From assembly GCF_006345805.1 (NCBI RefSeq), contig NW_021835422.1, forward strand, positions 1-53,271: a stretch of DNA of 53,271 nucleotides, in the 5' to 3' direction. The notes beneath the pieces were generated by a model that did not search any database, was not told where the DNA came from, and was given only the letters and a program-made list of their open reading frames with translations. Numbering within the stretch: position 1 is the stretch's first letter; each line of letters begins with the position of its first letter. The position numbers and the translations under genes were made by a program. Shown one piece after another: positions 40,507-52,950 of this stretch. The DNA comes from Octopus sinensis. Its lineage: Eukaryota.

Positions 40507-40556
<50 letters not shown>

Positions 40557-41649
40557 CGATACTGTGAGTGTATGTCTATACATCTGCATATATGTATATG
40601 AATTTATAAATGTGTGTCTATATGATATATATACCCGTCTGATAAGGGTATACCAGGCACATGAATCACAACCCTATGTGCGTGACATGGCGATCTCATA
40701 TCGAGATAAACAGTGTATGACCTTGCAGGTGGGGTCCAGTTAGAATTTTCTTCAGGCCAAGTATCCCATCCTGATCAAAAGGTCCCTGAATAAGGGTTGT
40801 TTAAGTATGTTGAATGAAGCACCCATGTTTCCAGAGGTGAATTATCTAAACCCCACCAAATTCCTCGCAACACATGGCTATAATGCTCCCCCACTACTTC
40901 TGCTCGTGATCAGAGATGCACATATTGTGAGCCACTAAGGAACATGCTCAACTGGTTAAGGTCAAACAAATGACAAGCAAATCTGTGGTATTGAGCAGAA
41001 TATTTGCTGCACCCATCTTTTATATCAAGTCAAAACATAATGTTTATAAGATAATATTATATGATAACCCTTGCAATAAGTTAAAATCAGAATCAATGAG
41101 AGCCACTGTCTGATATTGCATCAAGGCCTTTGCCTGATATTGCGCCAGGGCATTTATTATTATTAGTATTATCATTATTATTATTATTATCATCGAAGTG
41201 ATGCTATCTGTTCATCACGGCATCAATATGCTTTAATTAGCTCTTTCCATATTCTCTATATAAGTGCATGTTTTAGATGCCCTGTACGGAAGCCAAATTT
41301 GCAGACACCTTCCTTAAGTATGATATACTACAGCAAACACTCGGACATAATGTAGCCGTCCTCTGAGGTTCGCGAAAACCGCAAAACATTACACTACGCC
41401 ACTGGGGCCCATTTCGTTGATACTGCACCAGAGACCGTAATGGCCCTGGTTACATAGGTTTCAGAACAGAAACAAAACACTTCCGTTAACAGCAGCAACA
41501 TCGTAACACTGATGAATACTCCGCAGAGATGTGTTTGCCTCTTGTTGTGGATAAAGCATGAAGTAAAACGAGCTTCGCAAATTTGATTTACGCTGGAATC
41601 CCTTGAGTAAGTTAGCAGAAGTTGTTAAGATGAAGATGGTGGAGCTCAG

Positions 41650-41861
41650 AAATAACATCCACATATCCATCGAATAACACCCGGCCATCTTAGAACGAAG
41701 GAAGACACGTTGGACAATATAGACTCAAGTGCACTGTGCCTCGGAAAAGGACGGGATGGTCACATTTGGAACATCACTGACCATGGACCAGCGACGGCGC
41801 GGGACTAAAAAACAGTAGTAGTAAAAACTTCCTTTATAAATTTATGACATATATAAAGGGA

Positions 41862-41930
<69 letters not shown>

Positions 41931-42201
41931 CATACACACACACACAATTACAAAAGACAAATCCAAGGGAGACAAACATTCAAACGATTTCACTCAAGAG
42001 TAACGCCCTTGATTCATTGCTTTATTGACGAGAATCTCGGCGAATTAAATAACATCCAAATATCCATCGAATAACACCCGGCCATCTTAGAACGAAGAAA
42101 GACACGTTGGACAATATAGACTCAAGTGCACTGTGCCTCGGAAAAGGACGGGATGGTCACATTTGGAACATCACTGACCATGGACCAGCGATGATGCGGG
42201 G
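41650..42201 (+). repeat. 155-bp direct repeat pair (41650-41804 / 42047-42201)
   Basis: Near identical over the first ~145 bp (2 substitutions seen), 397-bp offset. Confidence 0.9.
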
Positions 42202-44012
42202 ATAACCAACAGTTTTCCAAAATGGAGGCGAACATCTTTCCACCATGTGATCGGCTTGAAAAATTGGTAAAACACTAGGATATTTTCCTACTTCCTTATT
42301 GCGAAACAAATGGTAGCTTCAATTCACAAATAAAGAAATTATATCCCCCAATGCGGTATTGAGCACTCATTTTCATCATTCGACATTTACGTATAGTATG
42401 TATATATATATATATATATATATCACAATCAAGGAACGGCCATAATAGGCCATTCACCCCACTAGAAATAACAGCCAAAGCTTCAACCGCAAATAACATT
42501 AATTCCGTAAACCAGGAGAAAATTAAAAAACATTTTACCCTGTAAATTTCTTATACGATGCACCGTTTCATCTACTGTTTAATGGTAAACTAACCTGATT
42601 AAATTAATCAAGCCAATCTTCCATAGGCCCTTAGAATCGTCAGTAAGAAATAGGCCAGATCGGAACAGATATTTTCACGAGGCATTTCTGTCCCTGCCTC
42701 GGCAATATCTGACCGAAATTTTCAAATCATCGCACTCGCGCCCAAATTTATCGGCAGCAAATAAATATAAGCCGCCGATTCCATTACGGAAATTAACCAG
42801 AAAATTCATAATAATCAATATAGGGTGGCAAAAAATTTTGTAGAATTTTTTTGCCACCAGCGGCCTAGTGGGAAAAAATTAAATAGTCATAGACCTATAT
42901 TGATTAATTATATATATATATATATATATATGCTTCGGCGTGGTCGTGTTCTGCCCTTACCTTCGAAACACGCATTGAGTCGAAACAGGGGCAACTGAAG
43001 AAGGGGAATGTTCCTCGTGTTATATGTCTTGTACTCTGTATTTTCGTTGTTAAACAAAAGTCCGTTTCCTTGTTTTGTTTTTTATGTTTTCGTTTCTCGT
43101 TGTGTTCTACGTTTATTTGTGGTATCCTGTACCCATATATGCATGTACATATACATATAGATGTAGGTATGTACATATATGTATGTATGCATATGTTTTA
43201 TTTATTAAATTGTATTATATAATATATATATATATATTATATATCTATATAATATATATATATATATAAAATGGTCGAAAGAGAAATCTGTAAGTATTTG
43301 CCATACAAATGGAAAGAGCTGAATTTTGCAACCCAAGCAAGATAAAAATACGAAATTATTGCTTGGTTTATTGAAAGTATGGCTGATCGGAAGACCAGAC
43401 GTATATTTATGGAACGGATTCTATAAATAACAAGAATAAATTAATCGCTTCATTCCGAGAGATCTTTCAATTTGGCACCACTCGGAATTCACCGAATCTT
43501 TCTAAACACTCATGGAAATACAAATGTACGCACGCACGCGCGCGCTCGCACACACACACACACAAATCCAGTTTGGCAGATATTTTAATAAAGCGATGAC
43601 ATTGTATTTTCGTATTCATTGTTATTGGGTAGCTTAAGGGAGTCAGTCTTGACAGCTGATGACGTTTTGCTATCGTCTTCTTCAATGACATCTCTCGTGA
43701 ATGATGAGGCCAATCCTGGAGCCACGGAGATAATTAAGGAGAAACCTGTGCGAAGAATTGTTCTGCGGTGATGAAGAAGACACGCCAGCTTCTACTGCAC
43801 ACTCTTGCTTTCTGTCAAGCGACAGTTTCTATGGCAACAGCAAGGAGAATTTCCAGGACGATAGTTACAGATGCAGACACAGAGTCAAACGGACAAGCAG
43901 ACACACGGAGACACATAAACATTGAAACAGTGAGAAATTTATTTATGTATGGTATATATAAATAATTGTGTGTGCGTGTGTGTGCGTGTAAATCTCTGTG
44001 CTGTGTAGTATG

Positions 44013-44241
44013 CAATAATCCCTCGACTATCGGGGGTGTTACATTCCAAACTCCACCGGATTAAGTGAAAATCCGCGAAGTAGAAACAGTACTGTACTAT
44101 ATATATGTATATATATTTTTTATTTTCAGAATTTGTACCTATTTATTTTATTATAAATGCGAAACAAGACCACGGAGGAATTGACGTAAGCTTAAATAAT
44201 AGACCGCGATAGGTGAAGCGCGATATGGCGAGAGATTACTG
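44013..44241. mobile_element. pogo/Tigger-type MITE
   Basis: TIRs CAATAATCCCTCGACTATCG / CGATATGGCGAGAGATTACTG; TG dinucleotide on both flanks (probable mutated TA). Confidence 0.6.
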
Positions 44242-44284
44242 TGTGTATGCGTGCGTGGTGTATGTATATATATATATATAATAT

Positions 44285-44365
<81 letters not shown>

Positions 44366-44371
44366 GGAGAT

Positions 44372-44402
<31 letters not shown>

Positions 44403-44844
44403 TGTACGCACATATATATATGCATGTATAAATATATGTTTGTATGGTATATATGTGTATGTGTTTATGCATGTATGTACACATGTGAGTGTTTGTTTGT
44501 TTGTGTGTGTGTGTATATATATATATATTATATATAATGAATTAAATAGAGAGATTCAATTGACAATCCAATAATGTATTTATATTATAATATAACATAA
44601 CATACTATGAATATAATATAATATACAAATAAGATAACATTAAAAAGATTATTAAAAACCAAAATAGCCAATATATCTATGGGTTTAATTTAGGCTCTAG
44701 TGATTGTAACTAAGTTTATCGTCATATTTATTACGGAATTCTCCCTACGATAAACTAAATAAGGAACATTTTTTATTAGTTACTTAAAAAATCTTTTTTA
44801 TATAAATAACTATAAATAAATAAATGAATTCTTATATATTCTTT

Positions 44845-44982
44845 CCAACTCTAGGCCCAAGGTTCGAAATTTTCGGGGAGGGGCCAGTCGATTAGATCGA
44901 CCACAGTACGCAACTGGTACTTGATTTATCGACCCCGAAAGGATGAAAGGCAAAGTTGACCTCGGCGAAAGTTGAACTCAGA
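44845..44982 (-). mobile_element. SINE D (partial)
   Basis: Shared D body. Confidence 0.8.
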
Positions 44983-45106
44983 GTTCTTATATATTATTAA
45001 TATAATTATATATATTTTTTACACGTTTTATTACAGTTTCTAGATTAAGTAAGACTCTGATACTTAATTTATATACCTATATATGATTATTGTATGTTAT
45101 TGGATA

Positions 45107-45488
45107 TGGAAGCACTCCGTCGGTTACGACGACGAGGGTTCCGGTTGATCCGAATCAACGGAACAGCCTGCTCGTGAAATTAACGTGTAAGTGGCTGAGC
45201 ACTCCACAGACACGTGTACCCTTAACGTAGTTCTCGGGAATATTTAGCGTGACACAGAGTGACAAGGCCGGCCCTTTGAAATACAGGTACAACAGAAACA
45301 GGAAGTAAGAGTGAGAGAAAGTTGTGGTGAAAGAGTACAGCAGGGATCACCACCATCCCCTGCCGGAGCCTCGTGGAGCTTTAGGTGTTTTCGCTCAATA
45401 AACACTCACAACGCCCGGTCTGGGAATCGAAACCGCGATCCTATGACCGCGAGTCCGCTGCCCTAACCACTGGGCCATTGCGCCTCCA
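45107..45488 (-). mobile_element. SINE head A plus tail Y, full length
   Basis: Head matches 18422-18570, tail matches 19790-19962; possible GTATGTTATT duplication. Confidence 0.9.
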
Positions 45489-45751
45489 TGGTATGTTATT
45501 ATAATTACGAAAGATTGTCTTCGATCTAAACGAGTTTGGATTAATATTATTAGAGATATAAAGAAATATATTTCGATAGCTGTAGATACTACTTAATTAT
45601 TTCGTCCGTTATAATTTTGTTTTTTTTTAAATTGTAAATTTCTATGTAGTTGAAAAGTTAACGCTCACGCTTCATGATACATAGGCATTTGAATTAATTT
45701 TTTTACAATCCAGTCGTCCTTTCACACGGAATTTCTTTTACATTTAAACCT

Positions 45752-45825
45752 TAGCTCTGATGAGACTTATATAAGAGAACTGAATTGTTTACATATGTAT
45801 ATAAGTCCAAAAAATTTGTTGGCTA
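45752..45825 (+). ncRNA. Decayed type I hammerhead motif
   Basis: Stem I TAGCT/GGCTA, CTGATGA 45757-45763, 10-bp stem II GACTTATATA/TATATAAGTC, GAAA mutated to CAAA. Confidence 0.55.
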
Positions 45826-45870
45826 TTTTGTTTTTTTAAATGTTTTTTTTATTGTTATATTATATTCATA

Positions 45871-46065
45871 CTTTTTTACTCTTTTACTTGTTTCAGTCAT
45901 TTGACTGTGGCCATGCTGGAGCACCGCCTTTAGTCGAGCAAATCGACCCCAGGACTTATTCTTTGGAAGCCTAGTACTTATTATATCGGTCTCTTTTGCC
46001 GAACTGCTAAGTTACGGGGACGTAAACACACCAGCATCGGTTGTCAAGCGATGTTGGAGGGACAA

Positions 46066-46098
<33 letters not shown>

Positions 46099-46263
46099 CG
46101 ACGGGCTTCTTTCAGTTTTCCGTCTACCAAATCCACTCACAAGGCTTTGGTCGGCCCGAGGCTATAGTAGAAGATACTTGCCCAATGTGCCACGCATTGG
46201 GATTGAACCCGTAACCATGTGGTTTATAAGCAAGCTACTTACCACACACCCACTCCTACGCCC
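45871..46263 (-). mobile_element. SINE C, full length
   Basis: High similarity to 10481-10897. Confidence 0.9.
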
Positions 46264-46737
46264 ATGTATATTATGTTATAATATAAATTATTGGATTGTC
46301 AACTGTATCTTTCTATTTAATAGTAATTTGCATTAGATCCATATCTGTGTGGTATTCAACTGATGTACCAGTGACGGATGTTTTACACACCTCTTTGAAA
46401 GAATTCTTTCCTTAGTTTGTTACTTTATATATATATGTTTGTACACACCACACACACATACAGACAACGTAATAATAAAATATTCATGGAAATTTTTTTC
46501 CAAGAAATGACGTAAGAATGGTTAAGATGACGTAATAATGGTCCTTATCAGATCAATAATTTTCAATTCATTATTATGCTTCGAGTTCCAGTAGGTCCTT
46601 GTACGTTCTGTGTTCAAATAAAGTCACTCGATTTCAGAACTTAACCATCGTCAACCCATAATCGATGATATAAACAGCCTTCAGGTAAGTATGAATAAAT
46701 TCCATTACAATCACACCAGTTATTTTGCTTCACAAAA

Positions 46738-47573
46738 TGAGCAGTCTGATCAATAAGTATCCGGACTGTTGCCATAGTAATGACGCTAAAGCACGGAGAG
46801 TGAAGCCGCTTGGTACAGATTGATCTTGATCTCTGCTGTGCATGTACACAAAGGTTTAACGTCCTAGCTCACTTCTGTTTACAGCAGTGCTTGGAAGGAA
46901 AGTGTGTAGCGTGTGATCGTCGCATTGACCAAGAGAGAGAAAGATGAGCAGAGGTCTACGCAAGTATTCAAAAAGTTTTCATCCTTCTCGACAGATCTTG
47001 TGCAACTGAAATCCCGAGTGTCATTTTGGTCAGCTGAAAGCAGTTTTGCCACAAACTTGGCAGACACGCATCTCATACCCAAATCTTCAGTGATAATGGA
47101 CTGAACCCGACCGTAACTAATCCGCACATCCTCTGATAAACAATGGCTGGTGATTTAACGATTTCCCCTCCCTGTTGTATGCACACCTGCCATGTTTTCC
47201 TCAGTCATGCTGGTTGCGGGTCTCCCAGAACGTTCGTCAATATCGACATTTTTTGGCCATCTTGGAAACGTTTGAACCATTCGTACACTTGTGTGCGGCT
47301 CATACACTTCCTTCCATATGCTTTCTGCAACTTTGTGTAGGCCTCTGAGCAGGTATCGCCATGACAACTTTCTCTGTCATGGTCAATGTGACGATCACAC
47401 GTTACACACCTTCCTTCCAAGCATTGCTGCAAACAGCAGAAGTGAACTAGAACGTTAAAATTTAGTGAACATGCACAACGAGTTCAAGGTCAATCCATGC
47501 CAAGGGGCTTCACTCTGTGTGCTTTAGCTTCCTTGCTATGGCAACAGTCCGAGTACCTATTCATCAGACCTCA
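46738..47573 (-). mobile_element. Mariner deletion derivative retaining the N-terminal HTH region
   Basis: TIRs about 46738-46780 / 47533-47573; fragments SRTQVYEWFKRF, DIDERSGRP, ISYGRVQSIITEDLGMRCVSAKFV; no catalytic domain. Confidence 0.85.
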
Positions 47574-47746
47574 TATATGTCACCTAGTGAGAAAATTACG
47601 TATTTCGGTGTCATTAGAAGAACTATTTTGCGAGTGCGTTACAGACACCAGATTACTGCCAGCTGGAACTTGAAAAAGGTTCGGACGGATAACCATATCG
47701 CATCGCATTTTGCAAGGGTTAAGAAGAGACACGTTCGGACCTTAGG

Positions 47747-47914
47747 CAGGGTCGTCTTAACAGCGTTACAGGTCCCCGGGCATGTCAATGTGTTGGGCCC
47801 TATATCGTTTATTTATTGACAACAAACCACAATGTACATTGATTAGAGTTAGGACCCTGGATACGTGAGACTGCCAGGAAATTGCCCAGTGTACCATACC
47901 TTAAGATGGCTCTG
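47747..47914. mobile_element. Small MITE
   Basis: TIR-like CAGGGTCGTCTTAA / TTAAGATGGCTCTG; flanks match 5/8. Confidence 0.45.
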
Positions 47915-48017
47915 ATCATTGGTAGAGGGTTCCATTCGAAAAATATATTGCCGACTCCGCTCAATGTCGCTACAACAAGAACAATAATAAGCCTGCAATT
48001 TGTTTTGGGAGACGTTG

Positions 48018-48327
48018 GGTAGGATTATGGATTACAAGGGTGGGATTATGGATTACAAGGGTGGAATTATGGATTACAAGGGTGGAATTATGGATTACAA
48101 GGGTGGGATTATGGATTGCAAGGGTGGGATTATGGATTGCAAGGGTGGGATTATGGATTGCAAGGGTAGGTTTATGGATTGCAAGGGTGGGATTATGGAT
48201 TGCAAGGGTAGGTTTATGGATTGCAAGGGTGGGATTATGGATTACAAGGGTGGAGTTATGGATTGCAAGGGTGGGGTTATGGATTGCACGGGTGGGATTA
48301 TGGATTGCAAGGGTGGGATTATGGATT
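48018..48327. repeat. 21-bp minisatellite GGGTGGGATTATGGATTRCAA, about 15 units
   Basis: Directly visible. Confidence 0.95.
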
Positions 48328-48589
48328 CGAGGACTAACCCGAAGCAGGTCCAGTGGGGAACAACCGTTCATGCTTGGGGAGGAAAGTGTAACAAGAATGG
48401 CTTGTGATAGGGCCCTATGGAGGTGGTGCCTGCGGAAGCTCCTGAAAGGGCCCTATGGAGGAGGTGCCTGAGGACTCTACCCCACGACCGTCTCAAGAAT
48501 GGAAGGCAGAGAAGGAGGATGAAACGGAAAAAACCCAAACATATCAGAGAATTATCGCATCAGAATATGGGTTATATTGATATTTAAAT

Positions 48590-48775
48590 CACAGATAGCA
48601 CGCCGGTCAAAATACTTAGCAGCATTTCGTCCGAGTTTACCTTCTGAGTTCAAATTCCACAGAGGTTGACTTTCATTCTTTCGGGATCGATAAAATAAGT
48701 ACCAGTTGAACAATGGGATCGATGTAATCGATTAACTCCCACTCCTGAACTTACTGGCCTTATGACAAAATTGGA
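48590..48775 (+). mobile_element. SINE D
   Basis: TAGCACGCCGG..CTGAGTTCAAATTCC..AAGTACCAG. Confidence 0.8.
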
Positions 48776-49281
48776 AACCAATATTTAACTGCTGTTAATC
48801 TAGTAAATCTGATAATCTTTGTAAGCTGCAACTTTAGAAATATCTCCACATGTAAACAAAGATAGGAAAATAGTTATTGCTTATCTCTAGATTTCACTGC
48901 ACCAAGCAGACATGGGATCAACAACGTTCTAGCCATGACCACCTCTCTCTCTCTCTTTTTTTTTTGTTATCTTAAACGTTGGATATCGGGAATTAAATTA
49001 CCCAATGATTTTTGTTTTTCTTTTTGTGAAATCTGTTTTACGTCCAGGTCAGCGTTGGTCTGGCAGATATTTGGCCAAAGATATTTCAACCAGTCGATCT
49101 TGTATTCCTCTCCACCTTCACCTCACAAAATGTGTATCATAGTATTCAACATCATTGTCTGTTATTTAGCTCCACTTCAGACCATGTGTGTATATATAAT
49201 TATAACTAGGGCCGAGAAAGAAAAAATTCTAGCCTATATGATGATAAATAGACTAAATCGTCTCACCACTAATATATATGT

Positions 49282-49520
49282 ACGCATATGGCGTAATGGT
49301 TAAGAGCGCGGGCTACTAACCCCAAGATTCCGAGTTCGATTCCAGGCAGTGACATTAATAATAATGATAATAATAATAACAACAACAACACCATCGAAAA
49401 ATACCTTATGAATGAGAACCCAGATTCGAAATTTCCCCCAAGATACCTGATGAAGGCTGGAGGGTATATCAGCTGAAACGTTGTGTTAACAACAAAGATA
49501 AGGACAAATATCTGTCAAAT

Positions 49521-49526
<6 letters not shown>
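49282..49526 (+). mobile_element. tRNA-headed SINE-like element with (AAT)n linker and hammerhead tail
   Basis: A-box TGGCGTAATGG 49289-49299, B-box AGTTCGATTCC 49333-49343, (AAT/AAC)n 49356-49390, HHR 49441-49487; element unity is inference from one copy. Confidence 0.65.
49441..49487 (+). ncRNA. Minimal type I hammerhead ribozyme (PLE style)
   Basis: Stem I GATAC/GTGTT (2 GU), CTGATGA 49447-49453, extra A, stem II GGCTG/CAGCT, GAAA 49475-49478, palindromic ACGT stem III, GUU triplet. Confidence 0.7.
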
Positions 49527-49551
<25 letters not shown>

Positions 49552-49714
49552 CACCTATGTATATATATGTATGCATATATGTGGGTATGTATATGTGTGT
49601 GTGTGTGTGTGTATATATAAGTATATACTTATGAATATCTACGTATATATCTGTATGTATGTGAGTATGCATATAAAAATGTGTGTATATAAGTATATAC
49701 TTAGGTATATACTA

Positions 49715-50054
49715 GTGAAGGCGCGTGGCTCAGTGGTTAGAGCGTCGAGCTTACGATCGTGAGGTTGTGAGCTCGAATCCCGGACCGGGGCTGCGTGTTG
49801 TGTTCTTGAGCAAGACACTTTATTTCACGTTGCTCCAGTTCACTCAGCTGTAGAAATGAGTTGCGACGTCACAGGTGCCAAGCTATATCGGCCCTTGCCT
49901 TTCCCTTGGACAACATCGGTGACGTGGAGAGGAGAGGCCGGTATGCGTGGGCGACTGCTGGTCTTCCATAAAACAACCTTGCCCAGACTTGTACCTCAGA
50001 GGGTAACTCTCTAGGTGCAAACCCATGGTCAGTGTCTGACCGAAGGGGGTCACC
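49715..50054 (+). mobile_element. SINE head B plus tail Z, full length
   Basis: A-box TGGCTCAGTGG, B-box-like GCTCGAATCC, TTCTTGAGCAAGACACTT core. Confidence 0.9.
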
Positions 50055-50083
50055 ACTTATGAATATATGCGTATATATCTGTA

Positions 50084-50297
50084 TACTCTTTACTCTTTTA
50101 CTTGTTCAGTCATTTGACTTCGGCCATGCTGGAGCACCACCTTTAGTCGAGCAAATCGACCCAAGGACTTATTCTTTGTAAACCTAGTACTTATTCTATC
50201 GGTTCTCTTTTGCCGAACCGCTAAGTGACGGGGACATAAACACATCAGCATCGGTTGTCAAGCAATGCTAAGGGGACAAACACAGACACACAAACAT

Positions 50298-50330
<33 letters not shown>

Positions 50331-50447
50331 CATATATACGACGGGCTTCTTTCGGTTTCCACCTACCAAATCCACTCTCAAGGCTTTGGTCGGCCCGAGG
50401 CTATATTAAAAGACACTTGCCCAAGATGCCACGCAGTGGGACTGAAC
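50084..50447 (-). mobile_element. SINE C, 5'-truncated
   Basis: High similarity to 45871-46263. Confidence 0.85.
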
Positions 50448-50463
50448 TATGTATATGATAATG

Positions 50464-50544
<81 letters not shown>

Positions 50545-52474
50545 TAGATAAAGGAGGATATTGATGCATATATGAAGATGGAGTCTCGTGGCTTAGTGGT
50601 TAGGACGTTGGATTCATGAATATTGTTTCGATATCTTGACCGGACAATGAGTTGTGTTATTGAGCACAACACTTCATTTGACGTGGCTCCGCTCAAAATC
50701 AAGGCGACTCTCTTGGGGAGGAGCTGCGATCCCTTCATATACGTAATGGACTCTTCGATCGACTATAGTTTATGAGCACCTCATTGTTCGTGGAAGTGAT
50801 TGACGTAATCACCTAGCGAGTTAGTGGTTGAGTATTCCGCGCACACTCACACATATGTACCCTTAATGTAATTTCAAGTAGAATCAGCGTAACTGTTTAA
50901 CAGGCTGGAACCTTTGAGGTTGAAAGACACCATATGAACACTTAAGAAACCATATGCAGGGAGCGAACCCGAGACTTCATGGTTGCAAAAAAATGTACCT
51001 CTGAACTACGCGCCAATCCCTGGATGTGTGTCTGCATATATGAATACATGCATTTACATATGTACGTATATTCCTAAAGGTATACGTAATCTTTCTCTCT
51101 CTCTCTCTCTCACACGCACACACACCACACAAACAAACACACACATGTAAACGGAGAAACATGCCAAATATACCAATTTCCCCGATTATTGAAAAAAATT
51201 ATGAACAGATTTAATTGAATTTCGACCCTTTTTGAGGTCTCATCAGGCATGTCTACATCTGAAAATCCCAGAAAAACAAGTAGCTGTATTTATCTATATC
51301 TATTATCTATATATATATATATATATTATATATATATATATATAATATATATATATATAATATATATATATATATATGTATATATGCGTGTTTGTGTTTG
51401 TGTGTGTCCATGTTCATACAGACATGAATGTATGTCTGAATGTACAATAACAATTCATGTATTATGCAATTTTTTCTTCTTTTTGCTAGAATCTATATTA
51501 ATTTTACGGGTGCGTATGAAACATGGAATTCTGCTGTAAGCATTTTCCGCACCTAATTTTATCTAAAAAGAACAAAATAACATAATGATAAATTTCGTTT
51601 TTTCTATTATAATTCCTTTTATTGCATACAAATATATTTGATAAAAAAATGAATTATTAAAATCTATTACATTGGTTTATAAGAGTTTATATCAACACTT
51701 ATAGCAGTTTTGCAAAATTATGGCGATACACACAGTAAAATGGGGTTTTAAGGCAATTTAAGGTTAAAACACCAAATCATTACTGGTATTACACACAAAA
51801 GTGTATTCTACCTGGTCTTTTGTCATATGTGTGTGTGCTTGTGTAGGTATATGGATAAAAATGTAAAGAAAAAATGCAAAAAACAGAGACAAGTGAAAGA
51901 ACAACAAACAGGGTTGTGCTAGCATGACGCTTAAGAAAAATGGAAAACGTCTTTGACATTTCGAGGCTATGCTCGTTCACAGAAACAGATAAGAAGAGAG
52001 AACTGATGGAAAGAGAAAAAAAAAACGTGTGTATGTATGTATCTTATATTTGTTTACGGGAAACGTTTTAAATATGCAAATAAAACTCATATTCCATTAT
52101 GCCGGTCAAAGTCTAATGATGCTATCTGCTGAACCAATATAATGGTACAGATATGTTGGATAAATGTAATGACAATAACAATAATCCTTGGCTGGTTATT
52201 ATTATTCATTTAATGCATCGCTACGCGCGTTTCTACAAATCACTTGGCTCTTAAGATCATAGTTTGAATTCCTGGGATGATTACAATGTTGTCCCTAGTA
52301 GCCGTGGTCATCGAGCTGATCATCTTCATGGTTTCAGCGTGACTTTTAGAATTGTAAGGTGTTAACAGTATTCCTTTCATTAATAATTGGTGTTTTGCCG
52401 TGGAATTATAATTAGGAGTAAATTCAATGCATTACACTACATGACACAAAACAAAATTATATAAGGTGCAGACA

Positions 52475-52629
52475 TAGCTATGTGATAAAAAGCTTGCTTC
52501 CCAACCACATGGTTCCGGATTCAGTCCCACTGCTTGGCACCTTGGGCAAGTGTATTCTACTCTAGCCTCAAGTTGTCCAAAGCCATGTGAGTTGATTTGG
52601 TAGATGGAGACTGAAAGAAGTACGTCGTA

Positions 52630-52724
<95 letters not shown>

Positions 52725-52950
52725 CGTGTGTCTTTGCTTCTTTGTTTGTCGCCACCAAGCGTTTGACAACCGATGATGGTGCATTTAAATCCCTGTAACC
52801 TAGTGGTTCGACAAAGAGAGAACGGTAGAATAAATAGCAGGCTTTTACAAAATAAGTACTAGGGTCGATATATTCAACTAAAAATTCAAGGCGGTGCCTC
52901 AGCATGGCCGCAGTTTAACATCTGAAACAAAGAGAGAATAAAAGCAAAAC
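52475..52950 (+). mobile_element. SINE C, diverged, with expanded internal (TA)n(TG)n
   Basis: Head AACCACATGGTTCCGGATTCAGTCCCACTG and tail CAGCATGGCCGCAG. Confidence 0.75.

Larger units (their letters stand above)
44541..46321 (+). mobile_element. Probable decayed PLE-type remnant: inverted copies of the post-HHR sequence, with three nested SINEs
   Basis: 44541-44671 is the reverse complement of 45819-45870 plus 46264-46321 (split by SINE C). Confidence 0.5.

Noticed and set aside
40635-41160. Probable interspersed repeat ending in (TTA)n
   Set aside because: Single copy in this window with no ORF, TIR, TSD or Pol III boxes I can demonstrate, so its class cannot be supported
48000-48407. 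ORF with repeated MDYKGGI (FLAG-like DYK)
   Set aside because: Frame of the 21-bp minisatellite; resemblance to an epitope tag is coincidental, no vector sequence nearby
49282-49350. Genuine tRNA gene (also the heads at 18422, 26780, 45420, 49715)
   Set aside because: A/B boxes are present but acceptor and anticodon stems do not close properly, and each continues into a SINE body
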